Source of the DNA: Treponemataceae bacterium
GTDB lineage: Bacteria > Spirochaetota > Spirochaetia > Treponematales > Rectinemataceae
Assembly: GCA_963678065.2 (NCBI GenBank)
Contig: CAXXVZ010000003.1
Span: forward strand, 672,001-736,000
DNA length: 64,000 bases
Reading direction: 5' to 3'
The notes beneath the pieces were generated by a model. The model was not told where the DNA came from, did no database searches, and saw only the letters and a list, made by a program, of their open reading frames with translations. This document shows positions 56,009 to 64,000 of this stretch, piece after piece (position 1 is the first letter of the stretch; each line of letters opens with the position of its first letter). The position numbers were made by a program, and so were the translations under genes.

Positions 56009-57643
56009 GTGATAACCGTTACAGAACTCACATTCGGATTCTCGGGCCGCACCCTGTTCAAGGACGTCAACCTCAAGTTCACCCCCGGCAACTGCTACGG
56101 TATCATCGGGGCGAACGGATCGGGCAAATCCACCTTCCTCAAGATCCTCTCCGGAGACTTAAAGCCGGACAAGGGCGATGTCATAATGGGACAAGGCAAG
56201 CGCATGGCCGTCCTCAATCAGGACCACTTCGCCTTCGACGACAGGCGCGTCCTCGAGACCGTCATCATGGGCTGGCCCCTCCTCTTCTCGATAATGAAGG
56301 AGAGAGAGTCCATCTATGAAAAAGCGGACTTCACCGAAGCCGACGGCATCCGCGCGAGCGAGCTCGAAAGCGAGTTCGCCGAGATGGGCGGCTGGGAGGC
56401 GGAAGCCCAGGCTGCCGTCCTCCTCTCAGGTCTCGGCGTCTCCGAATCCAATCACGACAGGATCATGGGCGACGTCGACGAGGGGACCAAAGTCCGCGTC
56501 CTTCTCGCCCAGGCCCTTTTCGGCAATCCGGACATCCTCCTCCTCGACGAGCCCACGAACGGTCTCGACCTCGATTCGATATCCTGGCTCGAGGAATTCC
56601 TCATCGATTTCCCCAACATCGTCATCGTCGTCTCCCACGACAGGCACTTCCTCAACGCCGTCTGCACCCACACCTGCGACATCGATTTCGGACACATCCG
56701 CATGTATTCGGGCAACTACGACTTCTGGTTCCGCATGAACCGCATCCTCGTCCAGCAGCTCAAGGACGAGAAGAAGAAGAACGAGGAGAAGGCCAAGGAC
56801 CTCAAGGAATTCATCCAGCGATTCTCCTCCAACGCCTCCAAGAGCCGCCAGGCGACCTCGCGCAAGAAAATCCTCGAAAAACTCGACCTCGGCAGCATCG
56901 TGCCCTCGAGCCGCCGCTTCCCCTATGTCGGCTTCAAGCCGGACAGGGATGTGGGCAACAATGTGCTCCGGGTCAAGGAGATACACGCCTCGGGCGACGA
57001 GGGCAAGATCCTCGACAACGTCAGTTTCGTCGTCAACAAGGGAGACAAGATAGCCCTCGTCGGCCACGAGCATGTCTCCAAGACCACGCTCTTCCAAATC
57101 CTCGCCGGGGAGACAGGGCCCGAATCCGGGGAAGTGGCCTGGGGCCAGACCATAACCTGGACCTATTTCCCCGCAGACAACACGAAGATATTCGATTCCG
57201 ACCTCTCCATCATGGAGTGGCTGCAGCAGTTCACCAAGTCCGACGACGAAACCTATATCCGCTCCTTCCTCGGCAGGATGCTCTTCTCGGGCGACGAGGC
57301 CCTGAAGCCCGTCCGCGTTCTTTCGGGAGGCGAAAAGGTCCGCTGCCTCCTGTCGCGGATGATGCTCTCCGGGGCGAACTGTCTGCTCCTGGACGAGCCG
57401 ACGAACCACCTCGACCTCGAGGCGATCACCGCCCTCAACGACGGTCTCATCGAGTTCCCGGGTGTCATGATCTTCACGAGCCACGACCATGAGTTCGTGA
57501 CATCCATCGCCAACCGGATCATCGAGATCTGCCCGGGCGGCATCATCGACCGCTACACCAGTTTCGATGACTATCTGACCGACACGGGCGTGGCCGAGCT
57601 CAGGGACAAGTACTACCACAAGCACATCGTCGCCGAGATATGA
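56009..57643 (+). CDS. ABC-F family ATPase (YbiT-like)
   Basis: Two ABC domains (GANGSGKST, LLLDEPTN, LSGGE) with linker, no TM segments. Confidence 0.92.
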   Translation: MITVTELTFGFSGRTLFKDVNLKFTPGNCYGIIGANGSGKSTFLKILSGDLKPDKGDVIMGQGKRMAVLNQDHFAFDDRRVLETVIMGWPLLFSIMKERESIYEKADFTEADGIRASELESEFAEMGGWEAEAQAAVLLSGLGVSESNHDRIMGDVDEGTKVRVLLAQALFGNPDILLLDEPTNGLDLDSISWLEEFLIDFPNIVIVVSHDRHFLNAVCTHTCDIDFGHIRMYSGNYDFWFRMNRILVQQLKDEKKKNEEKAKDLKEFIQRFSSNASKSRQATSRKKILEKLDLGSIVPSSRRFPYVGFKPDRDVGNNVLRVKEIHASGDEGKILDNVSFVVNKGDKIALVGHEHVSKTTLFQILAGETGPESGEVAWGQTITWTYFPADNTKIFDSDLSIMEWLQQFTKSDDETYIRSFLGRMLFSGDEALKPVRVLSGGEKVRCLLSRMMLSGANCLLLDEPTNHLDLEAITALNDGLIEFPGVMIFTSHDHEFVTSIANRIIEICPGGIIDRYTSFDDYLTDTGVAELRDKYYHKHIVAEI

Positions 57644-57659
57644 ACCGGAAGGCTTCCTG

Positions 57660-57684
57660 AAAGAGGGTTTGATGCCCCTCTTTT
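57660..57684 (+). terminator. Probable terminator after ABC-F
   Basis: AAAGAGGG-N8-CCCTCTTT-T. Confidence 0.5.
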
Positions 57685-57713
57685 GGCACCCTCTTCCGGC
57701 GGATCGATCGCGC

Positions 57714-57742
57714 TTGACGTCCAGTTTCGCGGGGTCTATGAT
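57714..57742 (+). promoter_or_regulatory. sigma70 promoter of the nucleoside ABC operon
   Basis: TTGACG-N17-TATGAT. Confidence 0.7.
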
Positions 57743-57792
57743 TCTTCCCGTGCCGGAAGGCACGTCCGGAATATGATCCTTTGGAGGGAAGC

Positions 57793-58872
57793 ATGAAACG
57801 TTCTGCAATGGCCCTGTTGATCCTCACCGTGGTTGCCTTCGGCGCCTTCGCCCAGGCAGTCACTCCCACAGTCCGGCTTCTCACCGACGCCACCGGCGTC
57901 GACGACAAGTCCTTCAACGCCGCGGCATGGCGCGGCATCCTCTCCTTCTATGGCGACACTTGGGAGAAACAGACCAAGCGCGGCAAGAGCTACGAGGTCA
58001 TCACCGCCCAGACCCAGGACATGTACATCCCCAACCTCCGGCAGGCCGCCGATGAAAAATACGACCTCATCATCGTGACCGGCTTCACCTGGGCCGACGC
58101 CCTCGGCGAGGTTGCCCCGAAGTATCCCAACCAGAAGTTCATGATCGTCGACGTGGACTGGGTGAGCCAGCCCAACGTCATGCAGGTCACCTTCTCCGAG
58201 CACGAAGGTTCCTACCTCGTCGGCGTCGCGGCGGCCCTCAAGGCCAATGCCGACGGCATCAAGAACCCGAAATTCGGCTTCATCGGCGGCGTACCCGGCC
58301 CCGTCATCACGAAGTTCGAGATGGGCTACGTTCAGGGAATCAAGTCCGTCATCAAGGACGCGCAGATTGTCGACTACTACGCCAACGACTGGGGCAAGCC
58401 CGAGCTCGCCAAGACCCAGGCCAAGAACTGGTATGATTCCGGTGTCTACGCCATCTTCTCCGCCGCGGGCGGCACCGGCAACGGCACTATCGCGCAGGCC
58501 AAGGAATATCGCTCGCAGGGCAAGAACGTCTGGGCGATCGGCGTCGATTCCGATCAGTTCCAGGACGGCGTCTACGCCGACGGGAAGTCCGCGGTCCTCA
58601 CTTCCATGCTGAAGCGCGTCGAGACAGCCTCCAAGGTCGCCCTCGACTCAGTCAAGAACAAGAAATTCAAAGCCGAAGTCCTCGTCCTCGACACGAAGAG
58701 CGAAGGCGTCGGCTTCTCCGACAAGAATCCCGCCCTGGACAAGGCCATGGTCGCCAAGATCAACGCCGCCAGGGATGATATCGTCAAGGGCAAGATCAAG
58801 GTTTACGAGACCTACGCCGAAGCCAAGGCCGCGGGCGCCGTTCCCGCCAACCTCCAGGCCAGCGACAAGTAA
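57793..58872 (+). CDS. BMP/PnrA-family nucleoside-binding protein
   Basis: DDKSFN, EHEGSYLVG, GFIGG, AAGGTG, IGVDSDQ, LTSMLKRV. Confidence 0.92.
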   Translation: MKRSAMALLILTVVAFGAFAQAVTPTVRLLTDATGVDDKSFNAAAWRGILSFYGDTWEKQTKRGKSYEVITAQTQDMYIPNLRQAADEKYDLIIVTGFTWADALGEVAPKYPNQKFMIVDVDWVSQPNVMQVTFSEHEGSYLVGVAAALKANADGIKNPKFGFIGGVPGPVITKFEMGYVQGIKSVIKDAQIVDYYANDWGKPELAKTQAKNWYDSGVYAIFSAAGGTGNGTIAQAKEYRSQGKNVWAIGVDSDQFQDGVYADGKSAVLTSMLKRVETASKVALDSVKNKKFKAEVLVLDTKSEGVGFSDKNPALDKAMVAKINAARDDIVKGKIKVYETYAEAKAAGAVPANLQASDK

Positions 58873-58896
58873 CCCGCGCACCGCAATACCCGGCAA

Positions 58897-58945
58897 GGCG
58901 GATCACCCCCGACACTGTGTTTCGGGCGGGGATCCGCCGATTTTT
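58897..58945 (+). terminator. Intercistronic stem-loop or partial terminator
   Basis: GGCGGATC...GATCCGCC stem with inner CCGA/TCGG, followed by GATTTTT. Confidence 0.6.
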
Positions 58946-58981
58946 ATGCCGATCCCCACGAGCATTGGCAGGCAGGAAGCA

Positions 58982-60562
58982 ATGAGCGAATACGCCATCG
59001 AAATGCTGAACATCACGAAAGTTTTTCCTGGGGTCATCGCCAACGACGATGTGACCCTCCGCGTCCGGGACAACGAGATCCACGCCATCCTCGGCGAGAA
59101 CGGGGCTGGGAAATCGACGCTGATGTCGATACTCTTCGGTCTCTACGATGCGGATTCGGGCAGAATCCTCGTTCGCGGAAAACAGGCGCGGATCGGCGAT
59201 CCGAACGATGCCACAGCCCTCGGGATAGGCATGGTTCACCAGCATTTCAAGCTCGTGCACAACTACACGGTGAGCGAAAACATCATCCTCGGCATGGAGA
59301 GCCGGAACCGCTTCGGGAATGTCGACATCCGCAGCGCCGAAAAACGCGTGGCTGAGCTCTCGGAGCGCTACGGGCTCGCCGTCGACCCGAAGGCTCGGAT
59401 CGACTCCATAACCGTCGGCATGCAGCAGCGCGTCGAGATACTCAAGATCCTGTACAGGAACGCGGACATCCTCATCTTCGACGAGCCGACCGCGGTCCTC
59501 ACGCCCCAAGAGATCGACGAGCTCATGGCCATCCTCGGAAGGCTCGCAGCCGAAGGCAAGACGATCATTCTCATCACCCACAAGCTGAAGGAAATCAAGG
59601 AAGTCGCCTCCCGCTGCACCGTTCTCCGCCGCGGCAGGACGATCGACACGGTGGATGTCGCCACGGCGACCGAGGAATCGCTCGCCGAGATGATGGTGGG
59701 CCGCGCGGTGAAGTTCAGGATTGACAAGAAGCCCTGCACGCCGGGAGAGCTCGTGCTCTCCATCGAGAATCTCACCGTGGCGGGAGCCAAGGGCAACAAG
59801 GCGGTGCGCAATCTCTCCCTCTCGGTCAGGGCCGGGGAGATCCTCGGAATAGCCGGCGTCGATGGCAATGGCCAGAGCGAACTCATCGGCGCGCTGACAG
59901 GCCTCAGGAAGGTGGAATCCGGCACGATACGCCTCAAAGGAAAAGACATTACCCACGCCACGATACGGGAGCGCATCGACGCGGGTATCGGGCATGTGCC
60001 GGAGGATCGTCACCGCCACGGGCTCGTCCTCGATTTCCGTCTCGACGAGAACGCCGTGCTCAAGACCTACGGGCGGGCTCCTTACTGTTCGCGCGCAGGC
60101 ACCCTCGACTTCCGGAAGATAGCCGAACACGGCGCGGACCTCATCCGGCAGTACGACATCAGGGCGGGAAAGGGTCCGGCCACGAAGGCCGGCTCCATGT
60201 CCGGCGGCAACCAGCAGAAGGTCATCATCGCGAGGGAAATCGACCTTTCGCCCGAACTCCTCGTCGTCGCCCAGCCGACGCGCGGCCTCGACGTGGGGGC
60301 GATCGAGTACATCCACAGGCGGATCGTGGCCGAGCGCGACAAGGGGCGCGCGATCCTCCTCGTGTCCTTCGAGCTGGACGAGATAATGAATCTCTGCGAC
60401 AGGATCGCCGCCATATCGAAGGGCGAGATCATCGGCGTCGTCGATGCGGGAGAGGCGGATGAGCGCGCGATCGGAGCGATGATGGCCGGTTTCCGCAAGG
60501 ATGCCGGAAAGGCGGCTCCAGGGAGCGACTCTGCCGACCGCGCGAAGGAGGCATCCCGATGA
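58982..60562 (+). CDS. Nucleoside/sugar ABC transporter ATPase (tandem ABC domains)
   Basis: GENGAGKST, IGMVHQHF, DEPTAVL, SGGNQQK, QPTRGLD. Confidence 0.93.
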   Translation: MSEYAIEMLNITKVFPGVIANDDVTLRVRDNEIHAILGENGAGKSTLMSILFGLYDADSGRILVRGKQARIGDPNDATALGIGMVHQHFKLVHNYTVSENIILGMESRNRFGNVDIRSAEKRVAELSERYGLAVDPKARIDSITVGMQQRVEILKILYRNADILIFDEPTAVLTPQEIDELMAILGRLAAEGKTIILITHKLKEIKEVASRCTVLRRGRTIDTVDVATATEESLAEMMVGRAVKFRIDKKPCTPGELVLSIENLTVAGAKGNKAVRNLSLSVRAGEILGIAGVDGNGQSELIGALTGLRKVESGTIRLKGKDITHATIRERIDAGIGHVPEDRHRHGLVLDFRLDENAVLKTYGRAPYCSRAGTLDFRKIAEHGADLIRQYDIRAGKGPATKAGSMSGGNQQKVIIAREIDLSPELLVVAQPTRGLDVGAIEYIHRRIVAERDKGRAILLVSFELDEIMNLCDRIAAISKGEIIGVVDAGEADERAIGAMMAGFRKDAGKAAPGSDSADRAKEASR

Positions 60563-61710
60563 AAACCGACACGAAGACCCCCGCGATCGCGAAGGCGGCT
60601 GGCGGAGAATCCTTCCTCGATACCCTGTTCGCCTCGAACGGTTTCATCTCCGTGCTCGTCGTCGTCCTCGGCTTCGCATGCGGAACCGCCCTCGTCGCGG
60701 CCGTCGGAAAGAATCCGGCAGGCATGTATTCGGCCATGCTGCAGACCCTCACTGGCTTCGACATCACGAGGGGAAGCTGGAACATCCGCTATGTCGGCGA
60801 GTGGCTCACCGCCGCCATACCCCTCACCCTCTGCGGGCTCTCCATGGGGTTCGCCGCGCGGACGGGACTCTTCAACGTTGGCGCCGAGGGGCAGTACATC
60901 GTCGGACTCACGGCGGCCCAGATGGTCGCCCTTTTCTTTCCGCAGATCCCGGTTCTGCACTGGGTCCTCGCCGTTCTGGCCGGGGGCCTCGCGGGAAGTC
61001 TCTGGGGTGGCCTCGTCGGCTGGCTCAAGGCGAAGTTCGCCGTATCGGAAGTCGTCGCCACTATCATGCTGAACTACATCGCCTTTTTCCTCTCGCGCCT
61101 TCTCTGCCAGATGATACCCGGGGCCAACACCTACCGCACGCCGAACTTTCCCGCCACGGCGAGACTGACGAGCCCGCTGCTGGACAGGCTCACGAACGGC
61201 TCGCGGCTCAACTACGGCATCTTCATCGCGCTGGCCTGCTGCCTCGCGTACTGGTTCATCATCGAGCGCACGAAGCTCGGTTTCGAGCTCAGGGCCACAG
61301 GACTCAACAAGGAAGCGGCGCGCTACGGCGGCATCAAGGTGACAAGGGGTATCACGGTCTCGATGGCCGTCGCGGGCGCCTTCGCGGGGCTCGCCGGCGC
61401 CATCGTAGCCCTGGGGAGCTTCTCCTACGGCCGTGTCCTCGGCGGCTACGACAACTACGGATTCAACGGCATCGCGGTGGCCCTCGTCGGCAACAGCACG
61501 GCGGGGGGCACCCTGATCTCGGGCCTCCTCTTCGGCATGCTCGCCTCAGCCCAGCCCCTCATGCAGTCGCGCCAGATTCCGAAGGAAGTGACCTGGATCA
61601 TCTCCGGACTTGTCGTCGTCTTCATCTCCCTGCGGGCAGGATTCAGGCTCCTCATGCAGTGGCGGGCCAAAAGGATCGCGCGCACGGCGAAGGAGGCCCT
61701 CCATGAATAG
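60559..61710 (+). CDS. Nucleoside ABC permease
   Basis: GLFNVGAEGQ, SEVVATIMLN, GFNGIAVAL. Confidence 0.9.
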   Translation: MKTDTKTPAIAKAAGGESFLDTLFASNGFISVLVVVLGFACGTALVAAVGKNPAGMYSAMLQTLTGFDITRGSWNIRYVGEWLTAAIPLTLCGLSMGFAARTGLFNVGAEGQYIVGLTAAQMVALFFPQIPVLHWVLAVLAGGLAGSLWGGLVGWLKAKFAVSEVVATIMLNYIAFFLSRLLCQMIPGANTYRTPNFPATARLTSPLLDRLTNGSRLNYGIFIALACCLAYWFIIERTKLGFELRATGLNKEAARYGGIKVTRGITVSMAVAGAFAGLAGAIVALGSFSYGRVLGGYDNYGFNGIAVALVGNSTAGGTLISGLLFGMLASAQPLMQSRQIPKEVTWIISGLVVVFISLRAGFRLLMQWRAKRIARTAKEALHE

Positions 61711-62605
61711 CATCCTGCGTATGTTCCCCTCGATACTCATGATCGTCTCGCCCATCCTCATCGCCGCCGTGGGAGGCATGTTCTCCGAGAAGGCCGGGGT
61801 GGTCAACATCGCCCTCGAAGGCCTGATGGGCATCGGAGCCTTCACCGCGGCCACGGTCCACTATTTTCTCGAACAGGGCACTCCCCTGTCGGTCTGGATC
61901 GCCCTCGCGGCCGGACTCGTCGCGGGATGCGCCGTCTCCCTCATCCACGCTTTCGCCTCCGTCTCCCTCAACGCCGACCAGACCGTCTCGGGCACGGGCA
62001 TCAATCTCCTCGCCATGGGAGGAACTACCTTCCTCTGCCAGATCATATTCCGGCAGGAGAGGACGGAGCCCTTCCGGCTCGGCATGATGCCAGGCGTGGG
62101 GGGAATCTATCCTACAGCTTGGGTCGCCCTCACCGTGCTTCTCCTCGCCTGGTACTTCCTGTACCGCAGACCCTTCGGCCTCCATCTCCGGGCATGCGGC
62201 GAGCACCCCCAGGCCGCGGCCTCCGCCGGCATCGATGTGCATCGGATACGCTACATCGCGGTCATGTTATCGGGTGCGCTTGCGGGACTGGCCGGCGCAT
62301 GCCTCGTCCTCACCCAGACCATCCAGTACACCATGAACACCATAAACGGCGCGGGATTCATCGCCCTCGCGGCCGTCTCCTTCGGACGATGGCTCCCGAA
62401 GGGTGTCGCCGGCGCCTCTCTGCTGTTCGGAACCGCCGTGGCCCTCGCCATCTACATGGTCAACATAGAAGCCCTCCGCTTCTTGCCCTCGGAGGCCTTC
62501 AGCATCACGCCCTACGTGATAACACTCGTCACTCTCGTCATCTTCTCTGGCAAAGATTATGCGCCGAAGGCTTCGGGTCAGCCCTACGAGAAGGGCGGCA
62601 GCTGA
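61703..62605 (+). CDS. Nucleoside ABC permease
   Basis: SEKAGVVNIALEG, LRACGEHP, GFIALAA, PYVIT. Confidence 0.9.
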   Translation: MNSILRMFPSILMIVSPILIAAVGGMFSEKAGVVNIALEGLMGIGAFTAATVHYFLEQGTPLSVWIALAAGLVAGCAVSLIHAFASVSLNADQTVSGTGINLLAMGGTTFLCQIIFRQERTEPFRLGMMPGVGGIYPTAWVALTVLLLAWYFLYRRPFGLHLRACGEHPQAAASAGIDVHRIRYIAVMLSGALAGLAGACLVLTQTIQYTMNTINGAGFIALAAVSFGRWLPKGVAGASLLFGTAVALAIYMVNIEALRFLPSEAFSITPYVITLVTLVIFSGKDYAPKASGQPYEKGGS

Positions 62606-62649
62606 AGCTGCACAACCGGCTTTTCAAGCTTTTCAAGGAGAACAGAAAC

Positions 62650-63417
62650 ATGGACCACAGCGACCACAAAAACCACAACCCGGCAGGCTTGCCCGATTAC
62701 TTCCAGGGCACTCCGCACAACGCGGCCCGCCAGGGCGACATCGCCCCGACCGTCCTCATGCCGGGAGACCCACTCCGGGCCCGCTTCATCGCCGAAAATC
62801 ATCTCTCCGACGTGGCGCAGTTCAGTTCTGTCCGCAACATGCTCGGATTCACCGGCACCTGGAAGGGGAAGCGCGTCTCTGTCATGGGCTCTGGCATGGG
62901 CGCTCCCTCGATGGGCATCTATTCCTTCGAACTCTTCGCCTACTACGGGGTCGAGAGGATCATCCGGATCGGCACCTGTGGGGGGCTCACCGATGATATC
63001 GACGTCGGTGACCTCGTCTTCGCCATGACGGCGAGCACTGACTCCAACTACGCGCACCAGTACAGGCTGAGCGGTTCCTTCTCCCCCTGCGCCGACTATT
63101 CTCTCCTCGAAAAGGCCGTCTCTGTCGCGAGGTCGAAGGGATACCGGCACTGGGCAGGCGGAATTCTCTCCTCCGACACCTTCTCGCTCTACAGCGCCTT
63201 GCCGCCTGACGAAGGCTGGAAGAAGTGGGCCCGCATGGGCTGTGCGGCGACGGATATGGAGTGCTTCGCCCTGTACTGCAACGCCGCCTGGCTCAAAAAG
63301 AAGGCGCTCACCATCCTGACCTGCTCCGACTCCAACCTCAGCCGGAAAGAGATGTCCCCCGCGGAGAGGCAGCAGTCTCTCGGCGCGATGTTCGACGTCG
63401 CCCTGGAGATAGCGTGA
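62650..63417 (+). CDS. deoD: Purine nucleoside phosphorylase (hexameric type)
   Basis: TPH, LMPGDPLRA, VRNMLGFTG, GSGMG.PS..IY..EL, IRIGTCG, DME. Confidence 0.93.
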   Translation: MDHSDHKNHNPAGLPDYFQGTPHNAARQGDIAPTVLMPGDPLRARFIAENHLSDVAQFSSVRNMLGFTGTWKGKRVSVMGSGMGAPSMGIYSFELFAYYGVERIIRIGTCGGLTDDIDVGDLVFAMTASTDSNYAHQYRLSGSFSPCADYSLLEKAVSVARSKGYRHWAGGILSSDTFSLYSALPPDEGWKKWARMGCAATDMECFALYCNAAWLKKKALTILTCSDSNLSRKEMSPAERQQSLGAMFDVALEIA

Positions 63418-64000
63418 CCGAGGGCGACGACGCGCGGGATCTGCCCGATGCCGCGCGAACCTTCCTCGCCACGATGCGGCGCCGCTATGCCTGCAAACGG
63501 TTCGGCGCCGGACGCGACCTGCCGCCACCCCTCTGCGACTACATCATGGAATGCGGCAGGCTCTCCCCCTCGTCCTTCGGTCTGGAACACTGGAAATTCG
63601 TCGGCATAGTGAAGCCAGGGAAAGATTCACCCTGGTTCGATGCCTGTTTCGCGCAGGACCTGGTCGCGTCCGCACCCCTTCTCGTCGTCATCCTCGTCCA
63701 CACAGCCGGATCCTACCATCCCGACTCTCCCTTCGTGCGCTCGCGCTCGGAACGTTTTCCGGGCGGCCATTCCGTGTTCCGCGCCGATTACGAGGGATAC
63801 CACCGCTTCCTGTCCCGGAATGAAAGGGTCCTGCATTGGGCGCGCTCCCAGGCATACATAGCCGCGGCCAACATGATGACTGGCGCAATTTGTGCCGGCG
63901 TCGACAGTTGCGCCATCGAAGGATTTTCAGAGGAATCGGTCCTCGGAATTCTCGGACTCGACTCCTCTGACTGGTCGGTCGGCCTCCTCGTCGCATTCGG
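63414..64000 (+). CDS. Nitroreductase-family protein, 3'-truncated (absent from the ORF track)
   Basis: GTG overlaps the deoD stop; translation gives RRYACKRF, RLSPSSFGLEHWKF, QAYIAAANMM, GVDSCAIEGF. Confidence 0.88.
   Translation, partial: MTEGDDARDLPDAARTFLATMRRRYACKRFGAGRDLPPPLCDYIMECGRLSPSSFGLEHWKFVGIVKPGKDSPWFDACFAQDLVASAPLLVVILVHTAGSYHPDSPFVRSRSERFPGGHSVFRADYEGYHRFLSRNERVLHWARSQAYIAAANMMTGAICAGVDSCAIEGFSEESVLGILGLDSSDWSVGLLVAF

Noticed and set aside
57684..57697. sigma54 promoter-like TGGCAC-N4-TTCC
   Set aside because: The invariant -12 GC is missing and a good sigma70 promoter lies just downstream
56426..60316. 460 aa and 506 aa minus-strand ORFs opposite the ABC-F and ABC ATPase genes
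   Set aside because: Shadow ORFs typical of high-GC3 genes
1..64000. CRISPR arrays, IS elements, prophage or defence systems
   Set aside because: No regularly spaced repeats and no recognisable transposase, cas, integrase or phage proteins

Overview
GC-rich chromosomal core segment of a spirochaete. The assignment is inferred from the mltG-dnaG-rpoD-Zn-ribbon-TPR-mreBCD-mrdA-rodA gene order and a BMP-type nucleoside ABC system; the [FeFe]-hydrogenases suggest an anaerobe. No CRISPR array, transposase, integrase or prophage gene is recognisable. From left to right: the 3' end of trpB2; a nitrilase-family gene; a five-gene hydrogen sensing/production cluster (2Fe-2S protein, PAS-containing sensory [FeFe]-hydrogenase, SpoIIE/PP2C phosphatase, second 2Fe-2S protein, group B [FeFe]-hydrogenase); a galK-like gene; surE; tRNA-Thr and tRNA-Tyr; mltG-dnaG-rpoD; an unusually long (~513 nt) RNase P RNA; the elongasome operon; and a radical SAM fusion. 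Next comes an AT-rich gap with a 28-bp dif-like Xer site (25513-25540), on which ~18 kb of plus-strand genes and ~24 kb of minus-strand genes converge, suggesting the replication terminus. The minus-strand block holds a lipoprotein, a TPR protein, a GAF-sigma54 activator, rpsA, cmk, rluB, scpBA, folK, recA (with an AT-hook-like tail), Lol-type ABC genes, ftsY, prfB (with programmed +1 frameshift), galM, an SDR, a second cytidylate kinase, yicC, murC, a degenerate GH57 and a DUF212 gene. The window ends with an RluA-family gene, hflKC, a metallophosphoesterase, a U32 protein, an ABC-F, a nucleoside ABC operon with deoD and a truncated nitroreductase. All calls come from motif recognition by eye; no database search or folding program was run.
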